DNA of 62,571 nt, filler included, from Chiloscyllium plagiosum (GCF_004010195.1; 3 parts of one record of this genome joined end to end with filler, not necessarily neighbours in it), one strand, 5' to 3'; positions 12,040 through 24,820 are shown, counted from the first letter of the whole stretch. Notes: generated by a model not told the origin, from the sequence alone. A program made the numbers and translations.

Positions 12040-13353
12040 ACTTCAGAAAGGCATTCAACAAAGTTTCCCATGGGAGACTGGTTAGCAAGGTTAGATCGCA
12101 CAGAATAAAGGAAGAACTAGCCATTTAGATACAGAACTGGCTCAAAGGTAGAAGACAGAGGGTGGTGTGGACTGTTGTTTTTCAGACTGAAGGCCTGTGA
12201 CCAGTGGAGTGCCACAAGAATTGGTGCTGTGTCCACCACTTTTCATCATCGATATAAATGATTTGGATGTGAGCATAAGAGGTAGAGTTAGTAAGTTTGC
12301 AGTTGACACCAAAATTAGAGGTGTAGCGGACAGCGAAGAAGGTTACCTCAGATTATAACGGGATCTTGATCAGATGGGCCAGTGGGCTGAGAAGTGGCAG
12401 ATGGAGTTTAATTTAGATAAATGCGAGGTGCTGCACTTTGGGAAAGCAAATCTTAGCAGGACTTATACACTTAATGGTAACGTCCTAGGGAGTACTGCTG
12501 AACAAAGAGACCTTGAAGTACAGGTTCATAGCTCCTTGAAAGTGGAGTCGCAGGTAAGTAGGATAGTGTAAACGGCGTTTGGTATGCTTTCCTTTATTGA
12601 TCAGAGTATTGAGTACAGGAGTTGGGCGGTCATGTTGCGGCTTGTCGAAGGCTGAGGGGTGACCTTATAGAGGTTTACAAAATTATGAGGGGCATGGATA
12701 GGATGAATAGACAAAGTCTTTTCCCTGGGGTCGGGGAGTCCAGAACTAGAGGGCATAGGTTTAGGGTGAGAGGGGAAAGATATCCCCTGGGGAGTTCTGA
12801 AGGGGAGAGTGGGCGGCACGTTGGCACAGTGGTTAGCACTGCTGCCTCTCAGCACCAGAGACCGGGTTCAATTCCCGCCTCAGGCGACTGACTCTGTGGA
12901 GTTTGCACGTTCTCCCCGTGTCTGCGTGGGTTTCCTCCGGGTCCTCCGGTTTCCTCCCATAGTCCAAAGATGTGCAGGTTAGGTGAATTGGCCATGCTAA
13001 ATTGCCCGTAGTGTTAGGTAAGGGGTAAATGTAGGGGTATGGGTGGGTTGCGCTTCGGCGGGTCGGTGTGGACTTGTTGGGCCGAAGGGCCTGTTTCCAC
13101 ACTAAAAAATATAAAAGAGACCTAAAGGGCAACATTTTCAGTGGTACGTGCTTGGAATGAGCTGCCAGAGGAAGTGGTGGAGGCTAGTACAATTGCAACA
13201 TTTAAAAGGCATCCGGATGGGAATATGAATAGGAAGGGTTTGGAGAGATATGGGCCGAGTGCTGGCAGGCGGGACTAGGTTAGTTTGGGATATCTGGTCG
13301 GCATGGATGAGTTGGACCCAAGGATCTGTTTTCGTGCTGTACGTCTCTATGAC
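12040..13353 (+). mobile_element. CR1 RT/3' fragment with an internal deletion and a nested HE1 SINE
   Basis: DFRKAF.KV.H, SGVPQ, WAEKWQMEFN.DKCEVLHFG and RLRGDLIEVYKIM motifs, followed by the 3' tail. Confidence 0.9.
12810..13102 (+). mobile_element. HE1-type tRNA-derived V-SINE
   Basis: A box tggcacagtgg, B box ggttcaattcc, central tgtggagtttgcacgttctccccgtgtctgcgtgggtttcc domain and a LINE-derived tail. Confidence 0.9.
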
Positions 13354-14259
13354 TTCACATCTTGTGAGTGCAGAACCAAGGTACCATTGTAGTTAATGAG
13401 TATGCTCTTACTTTTGACTCAGATGAAAGTGTTGAGAAAAAATTCTCTTCTGACATTCTTACTATCAATCGATAAAAAGAAAAGTTTATTGTTCATGGGG
13501 CTTTTTATTGACAAAGTTTGTCACCTTCAATTATTTAGAGTGCAAACTCTGGCAAAAATAAAGGAGAGAAAATACAATAATAATGACACCCTCCTACTGA
13601 CAAAAGCATGCTCAGCATGGCCTCATTGCAACAAACATGTTATTTCACCGTAAAGATGGAGGCTTTCTGGATCAAAGCACTGGCAGATCCAGATTTATAT
13701 TGTTTGGATAAGATGTCTGAGTGATGTCAGTATCATTTGATCCACATTTGGGACTGATGCCTTGTATAAGGCAATAAGATGTAGGAGCAGAAGCAAGCCA
13801 TTCAACCCATCAAATCTGTTCTGGCATTCACTCACGTTATGGCTGATCTGAAATTCCTCAACTCCACTGCTTTTCCACATAGTCCTTGATTTTCTTAGTG
13901 ATTAACAAAATGTCTATTTCAGCTTTGAACAGACTCAATAACCCAGCCTCAGTTATTCTCTGCAATAAAGTATTCCATAAATTCACTACCCTCTATGGAA
14001 AGAAATTCCTCCTCATCTGTGTCTAAAACAGGTACACCCTTCTTCTGAGATTATGACCTCTGGTCCTAGACTCTCCCACCTGTATCTACCCTGTTAAATC
14101 ACCTAAGAATCTTGTAGGAAGCATTCAAAGCTTTTTTGAAACCACCTGGGCCACGTATAGATCTATAGACCAAGTGAAATGGACAGCACCCCCTTCTTCA
14201 GGATGATACACCATTTATTAATGCCTGAAAGAATGTTATCATCAACTCTATGATTATAT

Positions 14260-14450
14260 AGGAGAAAGTGGGGACTGCAGATGATGGAGATCAGAGTCGA
14301 GAGTGTGGTGCTGGAAAAGCACAGCGGGTCAGGCAGCATTTGAGGAGCAGGAGAATCAATGTTTCGGGCATAAGTCCTTCATTAGGAATTGTTCTCCTGC
14401 TCCTTGGATGCTGCTTGACTTGCTGTGCTTTTCCAGCACCACACTCTCGA
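14260..14450. mobile_element. Short fold-back Penelope-derived element
   Basis: Inverted arms of the same family as 5829. TSD actctatga(t/c)tat. Confidence 0.7.
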
Positions 14451-14479
14451 CTCTATGACTATGTGTCCACCGTGGCAAA

Positions 14480-15283
14480 TGACATCTCCAATCCAGGGGA
14501 GGACTTAATGGTAGAGCCCTGCGAAGTGTTGCCAAATAAAGAGATCTAGGGGTGTAGGTTCATAGTTCCTTGAAAGTGGAGTCACAGGTAAACAGAATAG
14601 TGAAGAAGGCATTGTCATGCTTATCTTTATTTGTCATTGAGTATAGGAGTTGGGAGGTCATATGGCAGTGTAAAGGACATTGGTGAAGCCACTTTCAGAA
14701 TACTGCATTCAGTTCTGGTCTCCCTGCTCTAGGAAGGACGTCGTTCAACAAGGGTGCAGAAAAGATTTACAAGCATGTTTTCGGGGTTGGAAGTTTTGAG
14801 CTCTCAGGAGAGGCTGAATAGGCTGGGGCTATTTTCCATGGAGAATTGGAGGCTGAAGGGTGATCTTATAGAAGTTTACAAAATCATGAGGGCCGTGAAT
14901 AGGGTGAATTGCCAAAATCTCTTTCCCAGGGTAGGGGAGCCCGAAACTCGAGGGAATAGTTTTAATATGAGGGTGTGGTGGGGGAGTTTCGGGGTGGGGT
15001 GGGGGTGGTGGTGGGGGGCACTGGGGCAAATCTAAAAGGGACTGAAGGGGCAACTTTTTCACATAGAAGGTGGTGTGAGTATGGAATGAGCTGCCAAAGG
15101 AAATAGTGGAGGCTAGTACAAATACAGCATTTAAAAAGCATCTGGATGGATATATGAATAGGAAAGATTTAGAGGGATATGAGCCAAATACTAGCAAATG
15201 GGTCTATGTTATTTAAGCTATCTGGTGGGCATGGACAAGTTGAACTGAAGGGTCTGTTTCTGTACAACCCTGATTCTATGATG
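14480..15283 (+). mobile_element. CR1 3' fragment
   Basis: VQKRFT.M..GLE.LS.QERLNRLGLFS...GDLIEVYKIM and the 3' tail, with a G-rich insert near 14970-15030. Confidence 0.85.
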
Positions 15284-15950
15284 ACTGTGCTTATTAAGAA
15301 ACCGATTGATACATCTTGTTTAAATCTTGATATTGTTAAGGCATTTAATTGGTCACCTTTAATAACTGGTAAAAGGCATTTTTACTTTAACTATTGTCCA
15401 TGGAGTAATGGGAATGAGAGCAACAATGCCTTAGTTATAAATAACTGTCACTATCTAAGTTTAATATATTATCGCAAAGTGCGAGAGAAACTCAGCAGGT
15501 CTGGCAGCATCTGTAGGAAGAGAAAGAGAGTTAATATTTTGAATCCCATGATCTTTCATTGGGACTGTTATATACTGTCAATGGCTAATAGTTCTTAGCT
15601 GAATTGATTTTTGTTTATTTGGATATGGCCTAGCCTCTTTGAAAGCTGCATTTAATTTGCATGGAAGTGAATGCTGTAATATTGATACCACAATAATCTG
15701 CTACTTATTTTGTTGCTTTGAATCTTTTTGAAAACTGGATAGCGTGATTGTTGATTAGCAAGTATCGTCAGATCAATTGGTTGTGAAATGTCAACCTGAA
15801 CAAGCTGGAGCATGTTTACTTGACACTTCAGTGCCTTTGTTTGGCATATGCTGTTCAGTGTAATACTAAACCCTGGTTGAGCAGGTTTTTCCTCTTTCAA
15901 AAGGCTCTTTGCAGACTAAGACAGTTACTGTCAAGTACTATCACAACCAC

Positions 15951-15979
15951 CTGATGAAGGAGCGGCGCTCCGAAAGCTC
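15951..15979 (+). ncRNA. Minimal hammerhead ribozyme core in a short PLE fragment (about 15943-16024)
   Basis: CAC-CUGAUGA-A-GGAGC-GGC-GCUCC-GAAA-GCUC-GUG. Confidence 0.6.
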
Positions 15980-17234
15980 GTGTGCTTTCACTTAAACCCG
16001 TTGGTGTTGTGTGATTTTTTAACTGTCAAGTGCAATATGTAAGAAAAAGAAGTTAGTCAGGGTGTGACCATTCTAGCAAGTTAGTTTTTCTTAATAGTGT
16101 TTTTATTTACATAAGCTTTGAAAGTCTGCTCTCGATTAGCAGACTTGCAGTAAGAGGTGCCTTGACAGAATAGTGATAGAAGGTGTAAGTGACATTTCTA
16201 CAATAATAAATTGCTTGCTAATGCTCCAATATGGACAAAAGGGCTGAATTGGAGAGATAAGGGGAAAGTCACAACCTTTAACATCAAGACTGTATTTGAC
16301 TGAATATGGTATCAAGAAGCCCGAGCAGAATTGTGGTCAATGGGAATAGTGAAAAGCTTCTCCATTAGTTGGACTCAATATTTGCCACAAAGGAAAGTTG
16401 TTGTGGTTCTTCAACTTAACCCTACAACATTGATGCGTGAATTCATTAGGCTAGCGTCCAGGCCCCAAACACCTTCATTAGTGATATTCCTTTTGTCATT
16501 TTGGGCAGAATGTGCAATCACCAACGGCCAATGTTCAGCACCATTCACGACTATTCAAATACTGAAATGGTCTGTGTCAGAAAGCTGCAAAACCTAGGCA
16601 ATGTCCAAGCTTGGACTGAGAAATGACAAGTTCCAGGGAACTATATTTCCAATAAGAGAGAATCTAACCATCTGACCCTTACTTTAGATGGTATTATCAT
16701 TGAATATCCAACTATCAATATTTGAAAACTTACCAAGGATTTAAAACTTAATTGGACTAGCCACATTAATACTGTGGCTAATAAGAGCAGAGATTGGGAA
16801 TTCTGCAATGAGTAGCTCACTTCTCGAATTCCCAAAGTTTTTCCACCACCCATAGACCATCAATTTGTAACAGAACACTCTTTTGCCTGAAAGTGTACAG
16901 CTTCAACACTCGAAGCTCAGCACCATCTTGAATAAAGCGATATGTTTGATCTGAATCCATCCACAATTTAAACATGCACTCAATCTGCCGCTGATGTACA
17001 GTGGCAACAGTGTGTACCATTTACTGTAGCACCTGGCAAAGCCCCCATTGACAGCAACTGCCAATCCACACAAATTCTACCATTCTAAAGGAGAAGGGCA
17101 ACAGATACGTAGGAACTTGAGCACCAGGAAATTTCCCTTCAAGTCACAAATCATTCTGCGATCATTAAAAATATATCATGTTCATTCAGTGTTGCTGAGC
17201 CAAAATCCTGAAGTTCCCTCCCTAAGAGCGCAAT

Positions 17235-18333
17235 GTTAAAAATCACGCAACATCAAGTTGTAGTTCAACAGGTTTAATTGGAAGTGCTAGCTTTCGGAGC
17301 GCTGCTCCTTCATCAGGTGGTTGTGGAGTACACAATTGTAAGACACAGAATTTATAGCAAACGTTTACAGTATCATGTAACTGAAATTATGCATTGAAAA
17401 ATACCTTGATTGTTTGTTAAGTCTCTCATCTGTTAGAATGACCATGTTAGGTTTACTTCTTTCATACGTAAATCACAAAACTTTTTTTTAAAGTTACATT
17501 GTCAGGTTAACTTTAACAATTGACATCAGCCCAGATAATATGTTGAAGGTGTTCGCCCCCCCCCCCCCGCCCCCCCGCCGTGTGCTGTTGTCTGTGTCAT
17601 AATGCTTAGACTGATTCTAATCTAAAAAATGAGATAACAGAGTCTGACATGGATTCATGCAGTTTTTGAGCAAAGTACAATGTAACTCTGCAGGTACAAA
17701 TTCACCCCACAAACGTATATGTGTATGTGGGTTTGTGTGTGTGTATGTGTGTGTGTCTGGGGTTGGGAGTTGTGAGAGTCTATGTTTGTGTGTGTGTGTG
17801 TGAGAGAGTGTAAAGGGGTCTAAGTGTGTAAGAGGGTGCGTGTGGGAGTGTGTGTGTATGTGAGTGTAGGAGTGTCTGTGTGTGTGTATAGTGCAATGGT
17901 GGTCACCTGTAGTGTGACATGAACCCAAGGTCCCGGTTGAGGCCCTCCCTATGGGTATCGAACTTGGCTATCAGCCTCCGCTCGGCCACTTTTCGCTGCT
18001 GCTAGTCCCGAAGTCTGCCTTGGAGGATGGTCACCTGAAGCTCCGAGGTCGAATATCCTGGACTGCTGAAGTGTTCTACAACTGGGAGAGAACACTCCGC
18101 TCTGTGTCGTGCGGTGCCCATTCATCTGTTGCCGTAGCCTCTGCTTGGTTTCACCAATTTACCATGCCTCAGGACATCCTTGCCTACAGCATATGAGAAA
18201 GACAACGTTGGCTGAGTCACATGAGAGGTTTCCCCACACATAATGGTGGTAATCCCATTGGATGATAACCTTGTGGTGCGTGATTTTTAACTTTGTGCAC
18301 CCCATTCCAACACCGGCATCTCCAAATTGTTTG
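17235..18333 (-). mobile_element. Penelope-like element with a GIY-YIG relic, (CA)n tract and hammerhead core
   Basis: Minus strand reads SCDSANVVFLICCRQGCPEAW*IGETKQRLRQQMNGHR. Hammerhead core on minus at 17288-17316, inverted end segment, TSD aagagc(g/a)caatg. Confidence 0.85.
17715..17890. repeat. Degenerate (TG)n microsatellite within the PLE
   Basis: Seen directly. Confidence 0.9.
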
Positions 18334-20989
18334 AAGAGCACAATGGTTCCAACGAACCCCATGGAATGTAGAGATTCAAGAAGGCAGAAAGGCACCACTT
18401 TCTCATGTGCAATTAGACATAGTAAATACTGATTTTGCCAATGGCACCCACATCCCATGAGCAATAAAATTAAAGAGATGGTAATCTACTTCTTCTTCTT
18501 GCTGATACTCATTTCTCATCCAAAATTGGTTCCCATGTAAAATTAGGTCAATCTGCAGAAATTGTTTTTTCATTAAGGAGTAGGTTTTTTTATTGTCCCT
18601 TGTGTTAATGCAGGCATCTGATATTTTGGACTCAAGGCCGTAAACATTCTTGCAGCAATGTGTCTGCTAGAAACTGCTATTGCTGGCTTGATTTCTCATG
18701 TCTTCTATGCATACACCTTTTTGGAGGATGAAATGTATGTCATGCAATTGTTCAGGACCATATTAATGAGAACCTCCTGAAATACCAAGCTTTCTAAATT
18801 TTCCATTTAATTCTTTTTGCCAAAAAAATAGACACTCAATGTTTACTGATTTATGATCGATTGAAATTAGCTATATTCTGAATAGATTAAAGTGATCCTA
18901 TGGAAAATAACTTCAAGGTTGTGCTGGCTTTGATAGGTATTGTTGCTGCTGTTCCAATTTTTGAGGTTGGCTAAAGATTTGTTTTCAAAAGCCAGAATTC
19001 TAGCAACTCAAGCACATGCTCTCCAGCAGAACACCTAGTTTTGTTGATGGTCAGGATTCTTTTCTCTGTTTATAGTTTGTACTGGTAGGAATGTTATTTT
19101 TTTCTCCTGTAATGTCAGATGAGTCAAGTTGGTGTTCATTCTTAGATTTTTCCTATAGATAAATAAAAACCATGGGGATCCCAACATGAATTGCTTAAGT
19201 TTCCTTTGTAAGACCACAACAGTAGAGTACACATCTTGCATCTGTGAGGCCCCCACATTCATCTGCCAGCATCTCCATACTCCTTAAATTTCAAACTTGT
19301 GGACTGGACTACTGGAATGGGTGGTAGAATAAGACTTTATAAATTGTTCTTAAAGGGAAACAAGTAAGTTCCTGTGAAAAATTAGATTTTGGTGTTCTGA
19401 AAATAGCGAAGAAAGTAGGAGAGACCTGTTAGGACAGATAAGGAGGAGAAATTGACTCATCTCTTTTTAATTTTCTCTTGTAGGCTACAAAAAATGTTTT
19501 ATTTGTTTGTACGCAGCTTTCATTCTTCATTTAAAACATATTTACCTTGATCAAAATTATGCAGAAAAATGACAAAGTTTGCTTGAGTGAAAGAAAGAAA
19601 GAAAGACCTGCTATGCTTTTCCAGCAACACACTCAACTCTGATCTCCAGCATCTGCAGACCTCACTGTCTCCCTGAAAGAAAGAGTAGTTTTATTATCTC
19701 CCAACCCTGAGAAAAGTAATAAAAACACATCAAATATATGCACAGGTACTGCTTTTAAAAAGAAAATACCATTTCTGGACAGGAAGAATAGGCTATTCAT
19801 TTTTTTAGAAAAAGGTTCTTGGGGTCTTTGAGATGTTAGATTTTTGACTCATGTTCTGTGGCAGTGACAATGTTTGCAGATCTTGCGTTAATGTTGAATG
19901 GTTGTTATCGCAAGTTACTTTGTAACTGGCACAGATTTCAAGATGGAGATACAGGGAGAGAGAGCTTGGAAGTGTATTTGTTATTATCAGTTCACATTGC
20001 TTTTTTTCTGGTTTGCTGCTAAAGCAGCTGTTTACACAGGACCATTTGCAAACTCCCGAATCTACTCTGTTGTTGTTCCTAATTGAAAGCTCCGCAGTTA
20101 ATATTTTATCTTCATATATGTTGATTTATTATGCAAGTGTGCATGAAACACAAGATGCAAATTCCTTGACACTGAGTCAGTTGAGTAGTTTCTTTCGGTT
20201 CTTAGGTAACATGGTAGTCTCAATGTGCAGCCAAATTTGTTTATTTCATTTGGGTTCTCTGGACTGACACAACCTGTAATCAGGGGATCACGACAGCTAT
20301 CTTAGCTCAGCATTTGTACCCTTTTAAAAAAAAATCTGTGAAGGCCTCTGCTATTAAAATTCGATGACGGAAGTTTAATTACGATAGCCCAAGTTTATCA
20401 TTGTCGGAACAGGCCTTGTTGAGATGAGTATGAGAAACAATAATTAAATAAAGAGAGAAAAAAGCAAAAAAGGCATCATGTGGCAACTCAAAAATGAACG
20501 AGTGTTACTGAGTGTTGTAGGATGTGATGGCAGAGACTAGGGGAGTGGAGAAACTATTATGCGGGGAGCAAAGTGACGAGTGCACATTGTCACAATTATT
20601 GATCAGTAATGAAAGGATAAGAGTGCAAAGCACTGCAGTCACTAGGAGGGTTGTCGGAATATGGGAGTACATTTGTGATTGTGCCATGAACAGAAGGGCT
20701 TGGTTGCTGTCAGAGTACAGAGGACACAACAGAACAACACATCTCTGTACAGTATGAGCAGCATATTCAAGAAGAATTGAAAATAGAATTTAAAAGTCTT
20801 ATGCACAAAGGAGTGAAAATACAGAAACCAGAGCGAAGAAGTAATTTTATTGTAGATATACATTTTTGTATTTGTGTGCACACCGAGGAAAATATTTTAC
20901 TAAAAGTAGCAAGCAACACTGGGCTGTCTTGAGGAGGTGTAGGACATGATATAAATGGAATGTTTCTTTTTTTCCCTTTATCCCAACCA

Positions 20990-21330
20990 CAGTCTTAGAA
21001 ACATTTAAACATTGGTGTGCCTGGTGTGTCTTAGCTAGTGGCACACTTGACACTTGAGTTAGACCCACTGACGAGCACAAGCTTAACACTGCGGTGCAGT
21101 CGAAAGGGAATGCTGCTTTGGTTCAAATGAGACGAGTATACTAGTCAATATTTATCCCTCAATCAATATCACAAAACTGATTGCCCATTATCATGTTTGC
21201 TATGCACAGGTTGACTACTGCATTTCATGCATTATAACAGGGACTATACTTCAAAAGTAATTAATTAACTGTTAATTGCTTTGGGGTTTGAAGGGATCTT
21301 GAAGGGACTAAGTAAATTCACATCTTTCCC
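20990..21330 (+). mobile_element. Degraded SacSINE1-like (Deu-domain) SINE
   Basis: caatatttatccctcaatcaatatcac...gactatacttcaaaagta...gctttgggg matches the recalled SacSINE1 3' half. Confidence 0.65.
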
Positions 21331-21442
21331 TTTTACTTCTTCACTTCAAATAGTTATCACAATATGTATATTGCTTGCTATTTGTGATTTTTATGAAAGG
21401 AAAATTTTGGTCTTTTTATCTGACTTGTATATTATCTCTTAG

Positions 21443-21530
21443 GTCTTTAGGACTGTTCAGTCTGATTGATAGTCTTTGGCCTCCACTGATTTCTCCAAAG
21501 GTCCATGGCCAAAGCCAAGGCAGCCAAGAG
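21443..21530 (+). CDS. SPIDR: SPIDR coding exon B (SLGLFSLIDSLWPPLISPKVHGQSQGSQE)
   Basis: tctcttag acceptor, GAG|gtaatg donor, 88 nt, phase 2/0 matches exon A. FSLIDSLWPP matches SPIDR FSLIDTLWPP. Confidence 0.93.
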
Positions 21531-22833
21531 GTAATGTGAGAGTTTGTTTTTGACTGATTTAAGTCAGGAAGGGCAGTCTGTTCAGGAGATAGTAAGGCAC
21601 GATTTCAATTTATGATGGTACAAAACAGATAACAAAGTCAAAAGTGATTTGATTTTCTTGACAACAATAGGACAACGTCTATTTATATGCTGTCTTTTCC
21701 TTCACTAATATTCCTTAGTCTAGACCACGTAAGAGTGCTCATACTGCATGACAGTAGGAATGGGAAACACTTCTTTAGCAGGTTTCATCAATCAGTTGAT
21801 GCTTAGATCTTCCTCTTCAACTGAAAACTGACAGTTTCCTGCATAAAAACAAATGGGCAAGGTTTTTTTTAAAAATATCTCGTCTTTATTCCTGCAAACA
21901 CTGTGACTAGATCTTGCATGCCAGCAGCAATGAAAGGGCTGTTCAACTCCAGTATTTATTTATTCTTTTATTCTTATGAGCTGCAGTGACTGGGAACTTA
22001 AATCCTGTGCCAGAAGCTGGTAAGACGAGGAAGGAAAACAAATAAAATTGGTCATACGTCAAAAGAGGGCCTCCTAGAAAATCCATCATTTGGTTGTTTC
22101 CTTTCACTGTGTTGAAGGTGATTAATAAAATTTAAGAAATATTGTTTGCATTAAATTCATTACAATTTTTAACAAAAAATCTTTGAAGTTTCTAATAATG
22201 CTTGTAAGCATGGGAACATTGGACTTAAGAACTGTAGGAGAAGTAGGATACCTTTAAGCCTATCATTCATTAAGATCATGGCTTATCAGGTGTTGGTCTG
22301 AATTCCACTTTCCTCTGCCCTATTAACATGGAGTCCCTTGTCAATCGAAAATCCATTTAACTCAGCCTTAAAAAAAAATTTAATGATCCAGCCTCCAATG
22401 TTTTCTGGGGAAGAGAATTCCACAGGCTAACAACTTTCTGACAGAGTAACTCTCATCATCATCATCTCAAAAGCAAGCCCACTTCTTAAACTGTACAAGA
22501 GGAAACATACTCTAAGAATTCAGCCTGTCATGTCATCAGGATTTTATATTTCTTCAATAAAATCATTTCTCATTCATTTAAATTCCAATCTTTTCAAACT
22601 TTCTTCATTAGATAAGCACCTTATCCCAAGAATGAATTGAATGAACCTTCTTCATGCTTGCTTTTGTTACCTATCCTTCATTGTCATCAGAAAGTGACAA
22701 TTCCCTTCCAATTGTCATTGCTCACATGAATTTATAAATAGAGAAAAAAAAGTCTCTGAAAACTGTTTAGTCTGTCGCAAGATTTGTAGTGTGGAATAAA
22801 ACTAATGCGTCTAAAACAGCTGATATTTTCTAG

Positions 22834-22992
22834 TCCATAGATTTGATTACTGATGTGCAGTTGCCTGCTCCAAGTTTTTGCTATGTCCTTGCACCTCTTC
22901 CAGGAGAGGGGGGAATAAAGGTGCTTCAAAATGAAAATGTCTCTGACCTCTACCGGCCATCAGCATCGCACAATTTAAAGCATATTCTTCAG
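22834..22992 (+). CDS. SPIDR: SPIDR coding exon C ((SIDLITDVQ)LPAPSFCYVLAPLPG...LYRPSASHNLKHILQ)
   Basis: ttttctag acceptor (an in-frame alternative AG gives start 22861), CAG|gtaatt donor, phase 0/0. Matches SPIDR LPPPALCYIL...LYQP...LRDILQ. Confidence 0.88.
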
Positions 22993-23295
22993 GTAATTGA
23001 ATGATCTATGGATATGTCAAATAGTTTCAAACTTTGATTAATAATTAATTTTGGTCTTGTTTCTGACAACGGTGTTAACAAACTATTTGATCTACTTAGT
23101 TGTTTCAATCTATATGTCTTTATTGCAGATTCCAATATAAATATGCTATCCTTTTAAAATAAAATTAATAAAACAGCAGATTTATCATTATGTCATGAAC
23201 TAAGTGACCTGGATTCAAAGCCAGCTTCAGCAGAAAATTTTGACTGAGGGCTTATTCCAGCATGGCAATATGGTCCGAGACATAAGGGACTTAAT

Positions 23296-24241
23296 TTTTT
23301 TTTATTTCAAAAATATACTTTATTCATAAAATAATTTGATGGTCTGTACAGTTGGTCATGCCATACATATGTAAACATGTACATACAGAGATCAGAATTT
23401 ATCATTTTTATACAGGTCTGTACATTTTTCAATCATATGCCCATATAATTAGCTGAGGCATCAGCAGAGACCAAATGACTGCATGGGACCTCTGTTCTTC
23501 GTTAGGCAGGCAGATGTTACACGGTGGTCTTTCCCCACCGCGCCTTGGCGGCAGTTGCCCCAAGCTTCAGCGCATCCCTCAACACGTAGTCCTGGACCTT
23601 GGAATGTGCCAGTCTGCAGCACTCAGTCGAGGTCAACTCCTTCAGGTGGAAGATCAACAGGTTTCGAACCGCCCAGAGAGCATCCTTCACCGAGTTGNNN
23701 NNNNNNNNNNNNNNNNNNNNNNNNNNNNNNNNNNNNNNNNNTTAATTAATTAANNNNNNNNNNNNNNNNNNNNNNNNNNNNNNNNNNNNNNNNNNNNGTG
23801 GATCTGACCGAGAGCATTCGGGACACAACCAGGTAATCTATCCTTGAGCGGATAGACCCGTCTGCCCGTGACCAGGTGTATCTACGCTGCGCTCCGTCTG
23901 CAGGGGTGCTGAAGACGTCGTGCAACTTGGCATCTTTTACCGTGTCCATCAGGGCTCTGGACGTGGTGTCCAGTTTACTGTCCCCCCCCGCCGGATCGTC
24001 CATCTGCATCAATGATACAGTTGAAGTCTCCGGCCAGAATGACCAGCCTGGACGTAGCTAGCAACAGTGGAAGCTGCTGCAGGACGGCCAACCGTTCACT
24101 CTTACCCACTGGGGCGTACACATTAATCAGTCTCAGGGGAGCATTCCTGTACATGATGTCGGCGACGAGGAGGCGCCTGCCCACCACCTCCTTAACGTCG
24201 GAGATGGTCAAGTTGCCTCCTCGCAACAGGATACCCAGGCC
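23296..24241 (-). mobile_element. Young 5'-truncated Tx1/L1-clade LINE interrupted by an assembly gap
   Basis: APE endonuclease motifs LINVYAP, ILAGDFNC, YTW and SRIDY. GC-rich, with a poly(T) tail at 23296 and a 10-bp TSD gggacttaat (23286-23295, 24242-24251). Confidence 0.88.
23698..23797. other. Assembly gap with artificial linker (44 N + TTAATTAATTAA + 44 N)
   Basis: Exactly 100 nt, with an identical structure at 55359-55458. Confidence 0.95.
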
Positions 24242-24559
24242 GGGACTTAATAATTCAAGAGTAGCTGTGGATCTCTTTATGTCCAAGCCAAGAATGTTTT
24301 CTAAATGTTGCAGAGGTGGATTATGTCACGTGTGCCCTTTAAGTCAAGGTAGATTGTTGAGTGCAGGAAAATAATGGCATAAAAGAAAGTGAAATGTACA
24401 ACATGAAAACAATAATTGTAAGGATTTTGAAACTGACTATTGACATTGTATTTCAAAGCAAAATAATTTGCAGCATCTTTATAGTAGACAGATGCAAATA
24501 GGACAGTGTGTGTGAAAAGGGTTAGCAATCAAGCTTCAAGCACACAGGACAAATGAATG

Positions 24560-24820
24560 ACAATGAGAAGGGAGATGGTTAATACAGCACTGAAGGTATT
24601 ATATCTGAATGCACGCAGTATAAGGAATAAGGTAAATGAGCTGTGGCACAGATCAAAATTGGCAGATATGATGTGGTGAGCATCACAGAGACATGGCTGC
24701 AAGGAGATCAGGATTGGGAGCTGAATATTCAAGGATATACATCCTATCGAAAAGATAGGTAGATGGGCAGAGCGGGTATGGCTGCCTTATTAGTAAGAAA
24801 TGAAATTTAATCAATAGTGA
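24560..24820 (+). mobile_element. CR1 ORF2 endonuclease N-terminal fragment
   Basis: LKVLYLNARSIRNKVNEL...ITETWLQ. Confidence 0.8.

Larger units (their letters stand above)
16240..18475 (+). mobile_element. Old CR1/L2-group LINE 3' portion, split by a Penelope insertion
   Basis: Decayed DIK.AFD.VW..G RT motif near 16280. The 3' tail resumes at about 18334-18470. Confidence 0.6.

Noticed and set aside
12810..12885. tRNA gene
   Set aside because: The A/B boxes belong to the SINE head and run into the V-SINE body. The same holds for the other HE1 copies.
17617..17928. His/Thr-rich ORF
   Set aside because: Translation of a (CA)n microsatellite.
20690..20935. Open frame of about 80 codons on + (EGLGCCQST...QHIQEELKIEFK...)
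   Set aside because: No recognisable homology and no convincing splice sites.
21443..21451. Alternative acceptor 8 nt into exon B (gtctttag)
   Set aside because: Using it after exon A would shift the frame to an early stop. No support from sequence alone.
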